Positions 1 to 6,693 of a DNA stretch of 40,023 nt are shown here, one piece after another. The position numbers and the translations under genes are program-made. The notes under the pieces were generated by a model that was not told the origin of the DNA, made no database searches, and worked only from the letters and a program-made list of their open reading frames with translations. The stretch's first letter is position 1. The number at the start of each line of letters is the position of its first letter. Origin of the DNA: Clostridia bacterium (lineage in GTDB: Bacteria; Bacillota; Clostridia; Oscillospirales; CAG-272); NCBI GenBank assembly GCA_017556685.1, contig JAFYMH010000018.1, forward strand, positions 1 through 40,023, read 5' to 3'.

Positions 1-6
1 CCATAT

Positions 7-82
7 GCGGATTTAGCTCATTTGGTAGAGCGTCGCCTTGCCAAGGCGAAGGTGGCGGGTTCGAGCCCCGTAATCCGCTCCA
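7..82 (+). tRNA. tRNA-Gly (anticodon GCC), CCA encoded
   Basis: Cloverleaf read by hand. Acceptor GCGGATT/AATCCGC. D arm GCTC-ATTTGGTA-GAGC. Anticodon arm TCGCC-TTGCCAA-GGCGA with GCC at positions 34-36. T arm GCGGG-TTCGAGC-CCCGT. Discriminator T, then CCA at 80-82. Confidence 0.93.
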
Positions 83-87
83 AAAAA

Positions 88-120
88 GGAAGCATCGCAA
101 AAGCGATGCTTCCTTTTTTT
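88..120 (+). terminator. Rho-independent terminator after tRNA-Gly
   Basis: Perfect hairpin GGAAGCATCGC-AAAA-GCGATGCTTCC followed by T7. Confidence 0.85.
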
Positions 121-122
121 AT

Positions 123-299
123 CCAAGTCGCAGACTTGGTATATCATTGCGCTTTAGCGCGTATATCATCTCGCCTTCGGCGAGCATATCATCACGGCAA
201 AGCCGTGCATTCTCTTCTGCGACTTGATGAGATACAACACGCTGTGTTGATGATATACAATTCCCTATGGAATTGATGAGATGCAAGGCTTGCGCCTTG
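123..299. repeat. Array of 7 short sequence-diverse hairpins joined by conserved 8-nt AT-rich linkers (3 direct, 3 inverted)
   Basis: Hairpins at 123-139, 148-161, 170-184, 193-207, 235-249, 258-275 and 284-299. Linkers TATATCAT (140-147, 162-169) and CATATCAT (185-192). Their reverse complements are ATGAGATA (227-234), ATGATATA (250-257) and ATGAGATG (276-283). Confidence 0.8.
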
Positions 300-502
300 A
301 TTTAAAAAACTCGCTTTTGCGGCGCTTTCTTTTTTCAGATGAAGGGGCTCGAAAGGGAAAGCGCGTCCCCAACGGATATAAGCTTGACTTCTGTTCGGAC
401 GCGCTTCAAATTTTCGCGAATGCCGACATTCGCCGCCTGAAGGCGGTTCCGAAAATTTCCAAGCAAAGGTGAGGAAGACCGAGCGCGCAGTTCGCGCGAG
501 AA

Positions 503-524
503 TCGAGCCCCCAAATCCGCTCCA
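503..524 (+). other. Duplicated 3-prime fragment of tRNA-Gly (T-loop to CCA), not a functional tRNA
   Basis: TCGAGCCCCCAAATCCGCTCCA matches tRNA-Gly 61-82 (TCGAGCCCCGTAATCCGCTCCA) at 20 of 22 positions. No matching 5-prime acceptor strand, D arm or T stem lies upstream. Confidence 0.75.
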
Positions 525-530
525 GAAAAA

Positions 531-557
531 AGCACTTGCGATTGCAAGTGCTTTTTT
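531..557 (+). terminator. Rho-independent terminator-like hairpin after the tRNA fragment
   Basis: AGCACTTGC-GATT-GCAAGTGCT followed by T6. Confidence 0.7.
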
Positions 558-562
558 CAGCT

Positions 563-634
563 AAATCCGCCGATGGCGGAATAAATCCACTTTGTGGATG
601 AAATCGCTACGCGATGAAATCCCGCTTCGCGGGG
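563..634. repeat. Four tandem mini-hairpin units, each starting AAATC
   Basis: AAATCCGCCGATGGCGGAAT, AAATCCACTTTGTGGATG, AAATCGCTACGCGATG and AAATCCCGCTTCGCGGGG. Each folds as a 5-6 bp stem with a 3-nt loop. Confidence 0.75.
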
Positions 635-661
635 GGTTGAGAGTGCAAATTTGCAATACCG

Positions 662-690
662 TTGACAATTTACGGAAACAATGGTACAAT
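662..690 (+). promoter_or_regulatory. Sigma-A type promoter for the SGNH lipoprotein gene
   Basis: TTGACA (662-667), 17-nt spacer, TACAAT (685-690) with an upstream TG (extended -10). The 12-nt palindrome TGCAAATTTGCA at 644-655 lies just upstream. Confidence 0.7.
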
Positions 691-754
691 ATCGTCATAA
701 GGATTTTTTGGAAAAGATTTCTTCGAAAAGCCATAAAGGAGAGGTGATTTACAA

Positions 755-1759
755 ATGAAAAGCAGAAGGATTTTTATGTTTTTTGCCCTTGCATTAACTC
801 TTGTTCTATCCGTCGCGATACTTTCCTCCTGTGGAGAGAAAGAGCCCGCCGAGCCTCCAAAGATCCCCGACGCTCCTCAAAGGATCTCCGACATTGAAGA
901 TATTACCAAAGGGTATTTCGGTGAGAGCGGCTCCTCCGTCACAATTCCTCTTTCGGACTACGTAAATGCAAACGGCTGTAACGTGACGTATCACGTCACG
1001 TCCTCCGACCCCTCGGTTGCCACCGTCACGGCGGAAAACGGCATCCTCACCGCCACGCTTTTCAAGGGCGAAGGAAGCACCGACATAACGGTCAGCGTAC
1101 AATCGGACGGAAAAGAGGCGTTTGCGCTGAGCTTTCAGATCACAGCAAAGGCTTATACAAAGATCGCCTGCGTCGGCGACAGCCTTACCTACGGTCATAC
1201 CTGGGCAAACGAAGCTTACCCCGTTTACCTGAAGCAGCTTCTCGGAAGCAGCTGCGAGGTTGGCAATTTCGGCCTGAACGGTGCGTCTGTTACCGGGACG
1301 AACCCCTCGCTTTACATCAAATATGCCGAAGAACGGCAGTACACGAACAGCCTCGCATTCGATGCTGACGCTGTGATCATCATGCTGGGCACCAACGATT
1401 CTAAGGACTGGAGTGCGGCTTCTCCCAACTTTGAGAGCTGGTACAAGGAGCTTATCGAATCCTACCGGGAGCAGAACCCCGACGTTGAGATCATCCTTGT
1501 GACCGCGCCCCCGACGCTTGAAAACAACAAATTCAACATTCCAAACGACGTCATAAGAGATCAGGTCTGCCCCATCCAGCGCGACGTTGCAGAGGAGCTC
1601 GGGCTTCCTCTCGTCGATTTCCGCAAGGTTCTGGAAGAATATGAGGGCGGATACCTTTCCTTGATCCGAGGAGACGCCGCCTTCGACGGAGTTCACCTTA
1701 CGGCAGACGGCGCGCGGCTTCTTGCGCGTCTGATCGTGGAAGAGCTCTATAAGCTCTGA
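755..1759 (+). CDS. SGNH/GDSL-family hydrolase lipoprotein with an N-terminal Ig-like region
   Basis: RBS AAAGGAGAGG lies upstream. Signal peptide with lipobox LSSC. SGNH blocks: block I CVGDSLTYG, block II-like GLNGASV, block III GTNDS and block V DGVHLT. Confidence 0.85.
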   Translation: MKSRRIFMFFALALTLVLSVAILSSCGEKEPAEPPKIPDAPQRISDIEDITKGYFGESGSSVTIPLSDYVNANGCNVTYHVTSSDPSVATVTAENGILTATLFKGEGSTDITVSVQSDGKEAFALSFQITAKAYTKIACVGDSLTYGHTWANEAYPVYLKQLLGSSCEVGNFGLNGASVTGTNPSLYIKYAEERQYTNSLAFDADAVIIMLGTNDSKDWSAASPNFESWYKELIESYREQNPDVEIILVTAPPTLENNKFNIPNDVIRDQVCPIQRDVAEELGLPLVDFRKVLEEYEGGYLSLIRGDAAFDGVHLTADGARLLARLIVEELYKL

Positions 1760-1827
1760 GCAGTTTCGAGGCAGCGATTGCTCGGCTTCTCACGAGGATA
1801 TGAGCTACGATAGGAATCCTCGGTATG

Positions 1828-1865
1828 CAGGACGGACGTCTTCGGCGATCCGTCCTGTTCCGTTT
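1828..1865 (+). terminator. Rho-independent terminator
   Basis: CAGGACGGA (1828-1836) pairs with TCCGTCCTG (1849-1857), followed by a T-rich TTCCGTTT tail. Confidence 0.6.
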
Positions 1866-2002
1866 CGTGGGTTTGGGCAGCTTCTTCGGTTGCAAGCTCG
1901 CACGCTCGTATCCTAAGCTCTCTGCGATAGGCTCTTTTCATCGACTCACCGCTCCCCCCCGACGGCTTTGACAAAAAATCCGAGCAAAAAAAGAAAAAGG
2001 GC

Positions 2003-2031
2003 TTGACAAAACGCATATACTTTGATAGAAT
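2003..2031 (+). promoter_or_regulatory. Sigma-A promoter for tRNA-Cys
   Basis: TTGACA (2003-2008), 17-nt spacer, TAGAAT (2026-2031) preceded by TGa (extended -10). Confidence 0.7.
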
Positions 2032-2049
2032 AACAAGGCAACAGAATAT

Positions 2050-2123
2050 GGCGCCATAGCCAAGCGGTAAGGCAGAGGTCTGCAAAACCTTCATCCCCGG
2101 TCCGATTCCGGGTGGCGCCTCCA
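2050..2123 (+). tRNA. tRNA-Cys (anticodon GCA), CCA encoded
   Basis: Acceptor GGCGCCA/TGGCGCC. Anticodon loop CTGCAAA with GCA. T loop TCCGATT region. Discriminator T, then CCA at 2121-2123. Confidence 0.9.
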
Positions 2124-2173
2124 GAGAACGAAGCATCCCTTTTGGGATGCTTTTTTCGTTCTCTGGAGGCGCC
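2114..2173. terminator. Bidirectional terminator embedded in a 60-bp palindrome that includes the tRNA-Cys 3-prime end
   Basis: GGCGCCTCCAGAGAACGAAGCATCCC-TTTT-GGGATGC(TTTT)TTCGTTCTCTGGAGGCGCC. Core stem GCATCCC/GGGATGC is followed by T6 on the + strand and by an A/T-rich run on the - strand. Confidence 0.75.
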
Positions 2174-2311
2174 ACTCCTTCATCGGACTTGGCTCTGTGC
2201 GCCTCGGCGCACAGAATCCGGTTCGCAGTCGCCGCGCAGAGCGCGTCGAGCTCGCTCGAACGCGGCAAGCGAGCGCCTACTCGCCAAAGGCGAGATACCG
2301 GGGCAAAAGCC

Positions 2312-2689
2312 TTAGGATCTCGCTTTTTTCATCCTCTCGTATTCCGCCTCCAACCTGCAAAGCATCGCCTTCATTTCGCCGACCCCGCCGTCCCTTGAAA
2401 CGACCGAAAGAACCTTGCCCGCCATGCTCTTGATTTCGCTTGAGGTGAGTCCTGCCGTATTCCCGTGCACGTCGAGGCGCTCCATGGATTGAATCTCTCC
2501 GAGCCAATACGTATGATACTCCTTTGATCTTCCGTACACCGAGCGCCGAGACGCCTCGGTTGTGACCGTCTGCCATTTGCGGTGCGTTCGGTCTACGTAA
2601 AGATAATAGGAATACGACACGAACCACCACGCCGCCATTTTTGCAAGAAGCTCGCCTCCTGCAAAGGAAAAATTATGCCCGCTCTTCAT
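2312..2689 (-). CDS. Hypothetical protein (125 aa), third gene of a coupled three-gene operon
   Basis: ORF with strong SD AAAGGAGGGGAG 8 nt before the ATG at 2689. The track start at 2695 is a TTG overlapping the upstream stop. I recognise no family. Sequence is aromatic-rich near the N-terminus (WWFVSYSYYLYV). Confidence 0.6.
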   Translation of the reverse strand: MKSGHNFSFAGGELLAKMAAWWFVSYSYYLYVDRTHRKWQTVTTEASRRSVYGRSKEYHTYWLGEIQSMERLDVHGNTAGLTSSEIKSMAGKVLSVVSRDGGVGEMKAMLCRLEAEYERMKKARS

Positions 2690-2691
2690 AA

Positions 2692-3099
2692 TCAAAGCTC
2701 CCCTCCTTTGAACGTCCGAGCCCCCTCTTCTGCCAAAAGCTCCGAGATCCTGCGGCGGAAGACGTCAAGTTCTCCGTAAATATTGACCGGCTCCTCAAGA
2801 AAATACAAAACGCCGAACATTCCGTCGAGGCGGAACAGAGGGTGAAGGCGCTCGGCGTCGAGCGAAACGCCGTTTTGTAAAAAGATCTCAAGGATCTCTT
2901 CCTTCCATTTGAGGTACCTCTGCCGAATCTCAAGCAGGCGCTCACTCGGCGTATCAGAGCGGATGACCTCGTTATACAGACGGATCACCCCGTAGTGATC
3001 GGAGAACGAGGGGTCAAAGCCAAACAGCCCCTGTAGCCGCTCGCTCACCCTATCGTGCTCCTTGATCGCCTCCGAAAATTCTTCAAATGACAGACTCAT
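2692..3099 (-). CDS. Hypothetical, mostly helical protein (135 aa), second gene of the operon
   Basis: ATG at 3099 overlaps the upstream stop (ATGA). SD GGAGGG lies just upstream. No recognisable motif. Confidence 0.6.
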   Translation of the reverse strand: MSLSFEEFSEAIKEHDRVSERLQGLFGFDPSFSDHYGVIRLYNEVIRSDTPSERLLEIRQRYLKWKEEILEIFLQNGVSLDAERLHPLFRLDGMFGVLYFLEEPVNIYGELDVFRRRISELLAEEGARTFKGGEL

Positions 3100-3443
3100 T
3101 TTTCCCTCCGCAGCTTCTTATTAAGGACGGCGGTGACCCGATCGGCAAGCTCCCTTCTCTCGGACTCGCTTTTCCCCTTGGCACAGAGAATTGCCTCTTG
3201 CACGAGGTGCACCTCGTCCAAAGAAAACACCCTTTGCTCCATAAAAAAGCCCTTTGCCGTTTTCCTTATGGGATAGCCCATCGCACGAAGAACCTTGATA
3301 TTTCTGCACACCGTTTTCCGATCGCAGGGATAACTGTCGGATATCGCCTCGGCGATCTTCGTTTGCGTCATGGGTCGGCTCTCGTCGCTCTCGTTGCTAA
3401 GCACGTTCAGCACCCACAGGATCAGTTGCTTTTTAGATTGCAT
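3096..3443 (-). CDS. Small winged-HTH transcriptional regulator resembling the N-terminal HTH module of YafY/WYL-type regulators but lacking a WYL domain
   Basis: PMTQTKIAEAISDSYPCDRKTVCRNIKVLRAMGYPI is an HTH-like segment. FSLDEVHLVQEAILCAKGKSESERRELADRV resembles the linker helix of that family. I prefer the ATG at 3443 (GGAGGA 7 nt upstream); the track start is 3458. Confidence 0.65.
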   Translation of the reverse strand: MQSKKQLILWVLNVLSNESDESRPMTQTKIAEAISDSYPCDRKTVCRNIKVLRAMGYPIRKTAKGFFMEQRVFSLDEVHLVQEAILCAKGKSESERRELADRVTAVLNKKLRREK

Positions 3444-3476
3444 CGTGTCGTCCTCCATCTATAGGATAGCATATCG

Positions 3477-3505
3477 ATTGTACCAAAAACCGCCCTTTCT
3501 GTCAA
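3477..3505 (-). promoter_or_regulatory. Consensus sigma-A promoter of the three-gene operon
   Basis: On the minus strand: TTGACA (3505-3500), 17-nt spacer, TGgTACAAT (extended -10, TACAAT at 3482-3477). Confidence 0.75.
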
Positions 3506-3589
3506 TTCCTGAAAAAATTTGTTTTTTGGGATACCCCCGCCCTTCCCCCCGAAAGCCTTCCTTTTTATAGAAAAACGCTTCGTTGCATC

Positions 3590-3618
3590 TTTACTTTCGG
3601 GAAAAGGCGTGCTATAAT
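3590..3618 (+). promoter_or_regulatory. Candidate promoter for the kinase gene
   Basis: TTTACT (3590-3595), 17-nt spacer, TATAAT (3613-3618). Confidence 0.6.
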
Positions 3619-3656
3619 AGGCTCGTAAATACTCAAAACGTGAAGGAGATATAAAA

Positions 3657-4679
3657 ATGAAAAAAATCGTTACGTTCGGTGAGATCATGATGCGCCTGAA
3701 TCCCGAGGGGTACGAGCGCTTCGTGCAGGCTGACAAGTTTGAGACGAGCTATGCGGGCGGTGAGGCAAACGTTGCCGTTTCGCTCGCGGGCTACGGCATG
3801 AGTGCCGCCTTCGTCTCGAAGGTTCCGAGCCACGAGATCGGTCAGTGCGCCGTCAACGAGCTTCGCCGCTTCGGGGTCGACACCTCGATGATGGTTCGCG
3901 GCGGAGAGCGCCTCGGCATCTACTTCTGCGAGAAGGGCGCCTCCCAGCGCGCCTCCAAGGTCATCTACGACCGCGCAGGCTCAGCGATCTCGAAGGCAAG
4001 CGCCGCCGACTTTGACTGGGAGAAGATCTTTGAGGGTGCCGATTGGTTCCATTTCACCGGCATCACGCCTGCCCTCGGCGGAGAGCTTCCCGCGATCTGC
4101 CTTGAGGCATGCCGTGCCGCAAAGAAGCTTGGCGTGAAGGTCAGCTGCGACCTCAACTTCCGCAAGAAGCTTTGGTCGAGCAAGGAGGCAGAGGCGGTCA
4201 TGTCGACCCTGATGCCCTACGTCAACGTCTGCATCGCCAACGAGGAGGACGCCAAGGACGTCTTCGGAATCGAGGCAGAGGACACCGACCTCAACGCCGG
4301 AAAGGTCAACCACGACGGCTACATCAGCGTTGCCCGTCAGCTGACCGAGCGCTTCGGCTTTGACATGGTTGCCATCACGCTCCGCGAGAGCATTTCGGCA
4401 TCCGACAACGGCTGGGCGGCAATGCTCTACTCGGACGGCAAGGCGTACTTCTCCCCCACCTACAAGGTACATATCGTTGACCGCGTCGGCGGCGGCGACA
4501 GCTTTGGCGGCGGTCTGATCTACTCGCTCCTGTCGGGCTACGACGAGCAGAAGGCGATCAACTTCGCCGTTGCGGCATCCTGCCTCAAGCACACCATCGA
4601 GCACGATTTCAACCTCGTTTCGGTTGCCGAGGTCGAGGCACTTGCCGGCGGAAACGCATCGGGCCGCGTTCAGAGATAA
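3657..4679 (+). CDS. kdgK: PfkB-family sugar kinase, most like 2-dehydro-3-deoxygluconokinase
   Basis: RBS GAAGGAGA. N-terminus KIVTFGEIMMRLNP..YAGGEANVAVSLA. C-terminal PfkB signature DRVGGGDSFGGGLIY. Confidence 0.75.
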   Translation: MKKIVTFGEIMMRLNPEGYERFVQADKFETSYAGGEANVAVSLAGYGMSAAFVSKVPSHEIGQCAVNELRRFGVDTSMMVRGGERLGIYFCEKGASQRASKVIYDRAGSAISKASAADFDWEKIFEGADWFHFTGITPALGGELPAICLEACRAAKKLGVKVSCDLNFRKKLWSSKEAEAVMSTLMPYVNVCIANEEDAKDVFGIEAEDTDLNAGKVNHDGYISVARQLTERFGFDMVAITLRESISASDNGWAAMLYSDGKAYFSPTYKVHIVDRVGGGDSFGGGLIYSLLSGYDEQKAINFAVAASCLKHTIEHDFNLVSVAEVEALAGGNASGRVQR

Positions 4680-4704
4680 AGCATAGCACCGAAAGGAGAC
4701 GGCT

Positions 4705-6675
4705 GTGAATTTTAAAAACACCCGAAGGCTCTCGGTAGGCAAACGGCTGACGGCGCTTCTGCTTCTTCTTTGCATGAGCGCCTCGCTTCTCGTCCTTACC
4801 TCCTGCGACAACCACGACCACTCCTGGGGGACGGTCGCAACGGTCGATCTTGCCCCGAGCTGTACCGAGGACGGACGGAAATCGATCAAATGCGCGGTCT
4901 GCCAAAAGAGCAAGTCGAGCACGACGGTCACCATCCCCGCTCTTGGCCACCTTGACGCCAACGACGATCGCATCTGCGACCGCGAGGGGTGTGGAGAGGA
5001 ATGCTGGGACGGCTTTGACAGCTATGAATACGACGTCAGCACCCTCACGCCGCTTGGCGGAACGATCCGGGTCGTCGGAAACGGAACCGAGTATGCACTC
5101 GGCTCGCGCAAACGCGGTACGCTGATCGATCTTACCGAAATGGGCTACAACGTCGTTACCATCACCGGTCGCGGCAACGTTGGCTTTGATTACACCTTCC
5201 TTTCCGCTCTGCCGGTCGACGGCGAGACCCCTGCCTATGCAACGGGATACTACGGCATCACCGAGCGGCGCGATGACAAGAGCGTGTCGGTCGAGATCCC
5301 CGAGGATGCAAGCTATCTCTATCTGACCTACGAGAGCGGCGCAACGCCCTACCTTCCCTCCTCGATCGTTTTCACCGCAGAGGATGCTCTGAAGGCGCCC
5401 CTTGAGGCTCTGCAGAGCGGCTCGGCGGAAAAATACGATTATCCTCTGCACGCCATCCAAAAGGGCGAAGGAACCGTCCTTGATACCAACGGCGTTTACA
5501 CCGTTAAAAGCGAGAACGGCAACACGACCTACGTTGCCTTCATCGATATCACGGGCTCTACCTACGACACCGTCAGAGTTGGGCTTTCGCAGGTGTATAA
5601 GAATCTGCAATACACGTTTTTGACCAAAGTGCCCGCACTCGGAGAAACGCTGCAATACGCGATGGGCTACAGTGCCGAGAAGATGCCCATGGTCTTTAAC
5701 GAGGATCATCCCAGAACGAGCGAGACCGAGGGGCTTCTCCGCATCCCCGAGAACGCCGCCTGCCTTGCGCTTCTGTATACGGAGGAAACTCTTTCCGAGC
5801 AGATCTACAAGGGTCCCTCGTACGTCGTCTTTGAGGGGCAGAACCACAACAGCACACCGGTCGAGACCGACAAAAAGGTCCTTCTCATCTCGATCGACGG
5901 TCTGCGCCCCGACGCACTTCAGAAGTCCCCTTATTTCTCTCAGCTTGCCTCGATGGCGCGCTACTCGATGACCGCCGAGACCATTTATCCCTCGGTCACG
6001 CTCCCTGCACACACGAGTATGTTCCACGGTGTTTCACCCACCCTGCACGGCGTTACCGACAACGACTTCACCCCGAAGTCCTCGCTCGGAAGCGGCCTTA
6101 CCGAGGTTCTCGTGAATGCGGGAAGAAGCTGCGCGATGTTCTACGATTGGAAAACGCTTGAGAAGCTCACCCGCATCCCAAGTCAGGTCAAAATGACCTA
6201 CAACTCAGGTTCTCGCAAGCCTGCGGGTATGGAGAAATATCAGGAATCCGCAGACCTTTCGACCGCGGCGGCGATCGAGCATATCACAAGTTCCCCAACC
6301 GATTTCACCTTCCTCTATTACGGTCTGACCGACGAGATGGGACATACCTACGCCTGGATGTCGGACAAATACACCTGGGCGATCGATTACGTGCTTGCAA
6401 ACGTTCTCCGAGTGCTTGAGGTTGTCGGTGACGAGTACGTCGTCATTATCACCGCAGATCACGGCGGCGGCGGAGAAAAGCCGAAGGATCACGGCTCGAG
6501 CACCGCAGAGGATATGACGATCCCGCTCCTTATCATCGGAGAGGGCTACGAGGCGGGAACGCTTTTCGAGGGGGACCTCTCGATCCTTGACGTTGCGCCC
6601 ACCGTCGCCGAGCTTCTCGGCGTTTGCCCGAAGTCCTACTGGGAGGGCGATAGCCTGGCGGTCAAGGAAAACTAA
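4705..6675 (+). CDS. Lipoprotein with a C-terminal alkaline-phosphatase-superfamily nucleotide pyrophosphatase/phosphodiesterase domain
   Basis: GTG start after AAAGGAGA. Lipobox LTSC. Cys-rich N-terminal segment. NPP/AlkP motifs LLISIDGLRPD, YPSVTLPAHTSMFHG, GLTDEMGHTY and ITADHGG. Confidence 0.8.
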   Translation: MNFKNTRRLSVGKRLTALLLLLCMSASLLVLTSCDNHDHSWGTVATVDLAPSCTEDGRKSIKCAVCQKSKSSTTVTIPALGHLDANDDRICDREGCGEECWDGFDSYEYDVSTLTPLGGTIRVVGNGTEYALGSRKRGTLIDLTEMGYNVVTITGRGNVGFDYTFLSALPVDGETPAYATGYYGITERRDDKSVSVEIPEDASYLYLTYESGATPYLPSSIVFTAEDALKAPLEALQSGSAEKYDYPLHAIQKGEGTVLDTNGVYTVKSENGNTTYVAFIDITGSTYDTVRVGLSQVYKNLQYTFLTKVPALGETLQYAMGYSAEKMPMVFNEDHPRTSETEGLLRIPENAACLALLYTEETLSEQIYKGPSYVVFEGQNHNSTPVETDKKVLLISIDGLRPDALQKSPYFSQLASMARYSMTAETIYPSVTLPAHTSMFHGVSPTLHGVTDNDFTPKSSLGSGLTEVLVNAGRSCAMFYDWKTLEKLTRIPSQVKMTYNSGSRKPAGMEKYQESADLSTAAAIEHITSSPTDFTFLYYGLTDEMGHTYAWMSDKYTWAIDYVLANVLRVLEVVGDEYVVIITADHGGGGEKPKDHGSSTAEDMTIPLLIIGEGYEAGTLFEGDLSILDVAPTVAELLGVCPKSYWEGDSLAVKEN

Positions 6676-6693
6676 AAAAGCTCTTTCACCGAA

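Noticed and set aside
443-524. Possible complete second tRNA, or a tmRNA-like gene, ending at the duplicated ...AAATCCGCTCCA.
   Set aside because: There is no complementary 5-prime acceptor strand: GCGGTTC at 443 pairs at only 4 positions. There is no D arm and no G-run to form a T stem. The GCGCG hairpin at 484-498 does not give a valid anticodon loop. A tmRNA would need a GGGG...acceptor and a tag ORF, and neither is seen.
22-547. Track ORFs 22..276 (+), 281..472 (+) and 335..547 (-) in the region after tRNA-Gly.
   Set aside because: The first starts inside the tRNA gene. None has a plausible RBS. The region is better explained by hairpin repeats and terminators.
123-634. A CRISPR array as the explanation for the regularly spaced repeats.
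   Set aside because: The conserved parts are only 5-8 nt and the variable parts are self-complementary hairpins of 14-18 nt. There are no 25-40-nt direct repeats, no spacers of constant length and no cas genes.
2050-3656. The three-gene operon as an integrated element using tRNA-Cys as its attachment site.
   Set aside because: The only repeat of the tRNA-Cys 3-prime end is inverted and immediately adjacent, as part of the terminator palindrome. I find no direct repeat of it near 3459-3656 and no integrase gene, so integration at the tRNA cannot be supported from this window.
3981-6027. Long minus-strand ORFs (3981..4973, 330 aa; 4609..6027, 472 aa) antisense to kdgK and the phosphodiesterase lipoprotein gene.
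   Set aside because: Their products are Arg/Gly/Ala-rich low-complexity sequences with no motifs or RBS. They overlap genes with clear family signatures. They are typical shadow ORFs of high-GC DNA.
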